From an uncultured Gammaproteobacteria bacterium (lineage in GTDB: Bacteria > Patescibacteriota > Microgenomatia > Levybacterales > GWA1-39-11), in the NCBI GenBank assembly GCA_964627245.1, contig CAZVGS010000001.1, positions 89,256 to 153,255 of the forward strand: a DNA stretch of 64,000 nucleotides. The letters are read 5' to 3'. The position numbers were made by a program, and so were the translations under genes. The notes under the pieces are model-generated. The model was not told the DNA's origin. It did no database searches and worked only from the letters and a program-made list of their open reading frames with translations. Shown here piece after piece: positions 62,534 through 64,000 of the stretch. Positions within the stretch are counted from its first letter, which is position 1; the number at the start of each line of letters is the position of its first letter.

Positions 62534-62994
62534 TCTATTTTTATAATCATATAGAAGACTTCGCCTTTCGGAGCATTTAGCACTGCCATATCTCCAACTT
62601 TTTTACCAATAAGTACCTTTCCCAAAGGTGAATGCTGAGAAATTTTTCTATTTGAAGGATCAGCTTCATAGTCTCCTACTATTGAAAAGACCGCTTGGTT
62701 TTTATTGTTTTCCACGGTAACTTTTGACCCTATACATACTCTATCCGAACCTGCTGTATCAGAAACTTCAGCAAGCTTTATCTGAATATCGAGTCTGAAT
62801 ATTTGGTTGTCAATTGACCTAAGCCTTGCTTTAGCAGCAGTATATAGCCCGTTTTCCGAAAGATCCCCCATACCTCGAGCATCAGCCAAGGTTCTGACTG
62901 CCTCAGGTCTTTCTTTTTTGAGTTTTTGAAGCTCATCTTGAAGTTTTTGGTATCCCTCCTTTGTTACGGGAATTCTTTTAATTTTCTTAATCAC
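62530..62994 (-). CDS. greA: transcription elongation factor GreA
   Basis: GTG start. VTKEGYQKLQDELQKLKK…DLSENGLYTAAK coiled-coil plus a C-terminal FKBP-like domain. Confidence 0.85.
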   Translation of the reverse strand: MIKKIKRIPVTKEGYQKLQDELQKLKKERPEAVRTLADARGMGDLSENGLYTAAKARLRSIDNQIFRLDIQIKLAEVSDTAGSDRVCIGSKVTVENNKNQAVFSIVGDYEADPSNRKISQHSPLGKVLIGKKVGDMAVLNAPKGEVFYMIIKID

Positions 62995-63020
62995 AATAAA
63001 GTGTATTATACCCTATTCTG

Positions 63021-63029
63021 TGGTATAAT
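63021..63029 (+). promoter_or_regulatory. extended -10 TGgTATAAT upstream of typA
   Basis: Sequence ttctgTGGTATAATtaac. Confidence 0.4.
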
Positions 63030-63044
63030 TAACACATACTACAG

Positions 63045-63070
63045 GACACGAGCAACTCGTGTCTTTTTTT
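63045..63070 (+). terminator. perfect hairpin plus U7 located between the promoter and the typA start codon
   Basis: GACACGAG-caa-CTCGTGTC followed by TTTTTTT. It ends 7 nt before ATG 63078. Confidence 0.55.
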
Positions 63071-63077
63071 GACTAAC

Positions 63078-64000
63078 ATGGACAGCGATCAAATAAGAAA
63101 TATTGCAATAATTGCTCACGTCGACCACGGCAAAACAACCCTTGTCGATTCTATGCTCAAGCAAACTCATACATTCAGGGATAACCAAAAAGAAATGAGT
63201 GAAAATCTTATCATGGACTCAAATGATCTTGAGAAAGAAAAAGGTATTACAATTCTGTCAAAAAATAACTCGGTTAAATATAACAATGACAGTATGCCAC
63301 ACGGTGTAAAAATAAATATTATCGATACTCCAGGGCATGCCGATTTTGGCGGTGAAGTTGAGAGGATACTCAATATGGCGGATGGAGCAATTCTATTGGT
63401 TGACGCAGTTGAAGGACCTCTTCCCCAAACCAAATTCGTACTTAAAAAAGCTCTTGAGAGACATCTTAAAATAATTCTTCTTATTAATAAAATAGACAAA
63501 AAAGACGCACGCCCCAATGAAATTATTCAGGAAGTCGAAGGACTTTTTCTAGAATTAGCAACACACGATGACCACCTAAATTTCAAAACCCTATATGCTG
63601 TGGGCCGTGATGGCAAGGCTTTTGACAAGCTTCCTCAGAATTACGACACAAATACGCAAGGGGATCTCAAACCATTGTTTGAAGCGATTGTTTCAGAAAT
63701 TCCGAACAGTATTAAAGATCAGAATAAACCTTTTCAAATGCTTATCTCAACACTTGATGCAGATCCTCATGTCGGAAAGATATGTATCGGAAAGGTAACT
63801 CAGGGAAAATTGAAAAAAGGAGACATGGTAGCGCTGGTTGATGAGGATAGAGTAATTGGAACCAACAGGGTCCAGAAATTATTTACAAGCATCGGTCTTG
63901 AGAGGGTTGAAGTTGATGAAGTAACTGCAGGAGATATTGTAGCAATTGCAGGAATTCCAAATCTTACAATTGGCCAAACCGTCGCAGACCCTTCAAATCC
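63078..64000 (+). CDS. typA: translational GTPase TypA/BipA (5' part, runs off window end)
   Basis: Hand-translated MDSDQIRNIAIIAHVDHGKTTLVDSMLKQT…DTPGHADFGGEVER…NKIDK. It is not in the ORF track because it has no stop inside the window. Confidence 0.9.
   Translation, partial: MDSDQIRNIAIIAHVDHGKTTLVDSMLKQTHTFRDNQKEMSENLIMDSNDLEKEKGITILSKNNSVKYNNDSMPHGVKINIIDTPGHADFGGEVERILNMADGAILLVDAVEGPLPQTKFVLKKALERHLKIILLINKIDKKDARPNEIIQEVEGLFLELATHDDHLNFKTLYAVGRDGKAFDKLPQNYDTNTQGDLKPLFEAIVSEIPNSIKDQNKPFQMLISTLDADPHVGKICIGKVTQGKLKKGDMVALVDEDRVIGTNRVQKLFTSIGLERVEVDEVTAGDIVAIAGIPNLTIGQTVADPSN

Noticed and set aside
63036-63043. TGTAGTAT upstream of greA as a third LexA-type site
   Set aside because: A given 8-mer is expected about twice by chance in 64 kb on both strands. 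Only the four-fold cluster at 36433-36560 is statistically notable. The greA copy is used as a caveat, not as evidence.
63167-63798. ORFs 63167..63517 (-) and 63595..63798 (+) from the track
   Set aside because: Both overlap the typA/BipA reading frame (AHVDHGKTT, DTPGH, NKID), which is absent from the track only because it has no stop in the window.
1-64000. Alternative genetic code (UGA recoding, as in some candidate phyla)
   Set aside because: TGA terminates well-conserved genes at their expected lengths (for example the serine recombinase, ruvA, rsmI and lexA) and participates in ATGA/GTGA couplings. The conserved proteins I translated needed no in-frame TGA read-through.
1-64000. Diversity-generating retroelement, retron or group II intron
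   Set aside because: No ORF contains reverse-transcriptase motifs (no YxDD-type block). I found no template/variable repeat pair.

Overview
This is a low-GC bacterial chromosome segment that looks like a reduced-genome, Patescibacteria/CPR-like organism. That placement is an inference from compact co-directional gene arrays, many secreted proteins with Pro/Thr linkers, tRNA genes without encoded CCA, and ordinary use of TGA/TAA/TAG as stops. The window has three blocks. (1) Positions 1-3950 carry host genes: a 6-phosphogluconolactonase-like gene and three envelope/secreted proteins. (2) Positions ~4.0-20.2 kb hold an integrated element. It ends in a large serine recombinase whose last codons run into tRNA-Lys(CUU). 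It is built from ~25 mostly tiny, translationally coupled plus-strand ORFs: an RHH protein, several Cys4 zinc-ribbon mini-proteins, a wHTH replication-initiator-like protein followed by iteron-like repeats, a 345-aa coiled-coil protein and a 1094-aa protein. It also has an opposite-strand cargo operon with a processive GT2 cellulose-synthase-like enzyme, a YHYH protein and a trypco2-like protein. I cannot recognise terminase, portal, capsid, tail or conjugation genes, so this may be an undescribed type of integrative element or virus. It carries conserved promoter-like boxes, promoter-proximal terminators with a conserved leader box, and leaderless-type promoters. (3) Positions 20.2-64 kb carry host genes. 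These are tRNA-Lys/GIY-YIG/tRNA-Arg; envelope glycosylation genes; and a ~12 kb array (uvrB, kinase, PurM-like, uvrA, transglutaminase-like, uvrC, holin-like, secG, SBP) divergent from lexA, with a cluster of TGTAGT repeats in the shared control region. They continue with sugar-phosphate metabolism (eno, PMM/PGM, SIS, two tandem cupin paralogs), dus-ruvCAB, and a MarR plus MacAB-like exporter. Last come a four-gene operon (kinase, Gfo/Idh/MocA-like oxidoreductase, ComB-like phosphatase, radical SAM/SPASM enzyme) next to tRNA-Lys(UUU) with att-like sequence remnants, then tRNA-Glu, purA, greA and partial typA. All functional calls rest on motifs I recognised by eye in the translations. No database search or composition statistic was run.
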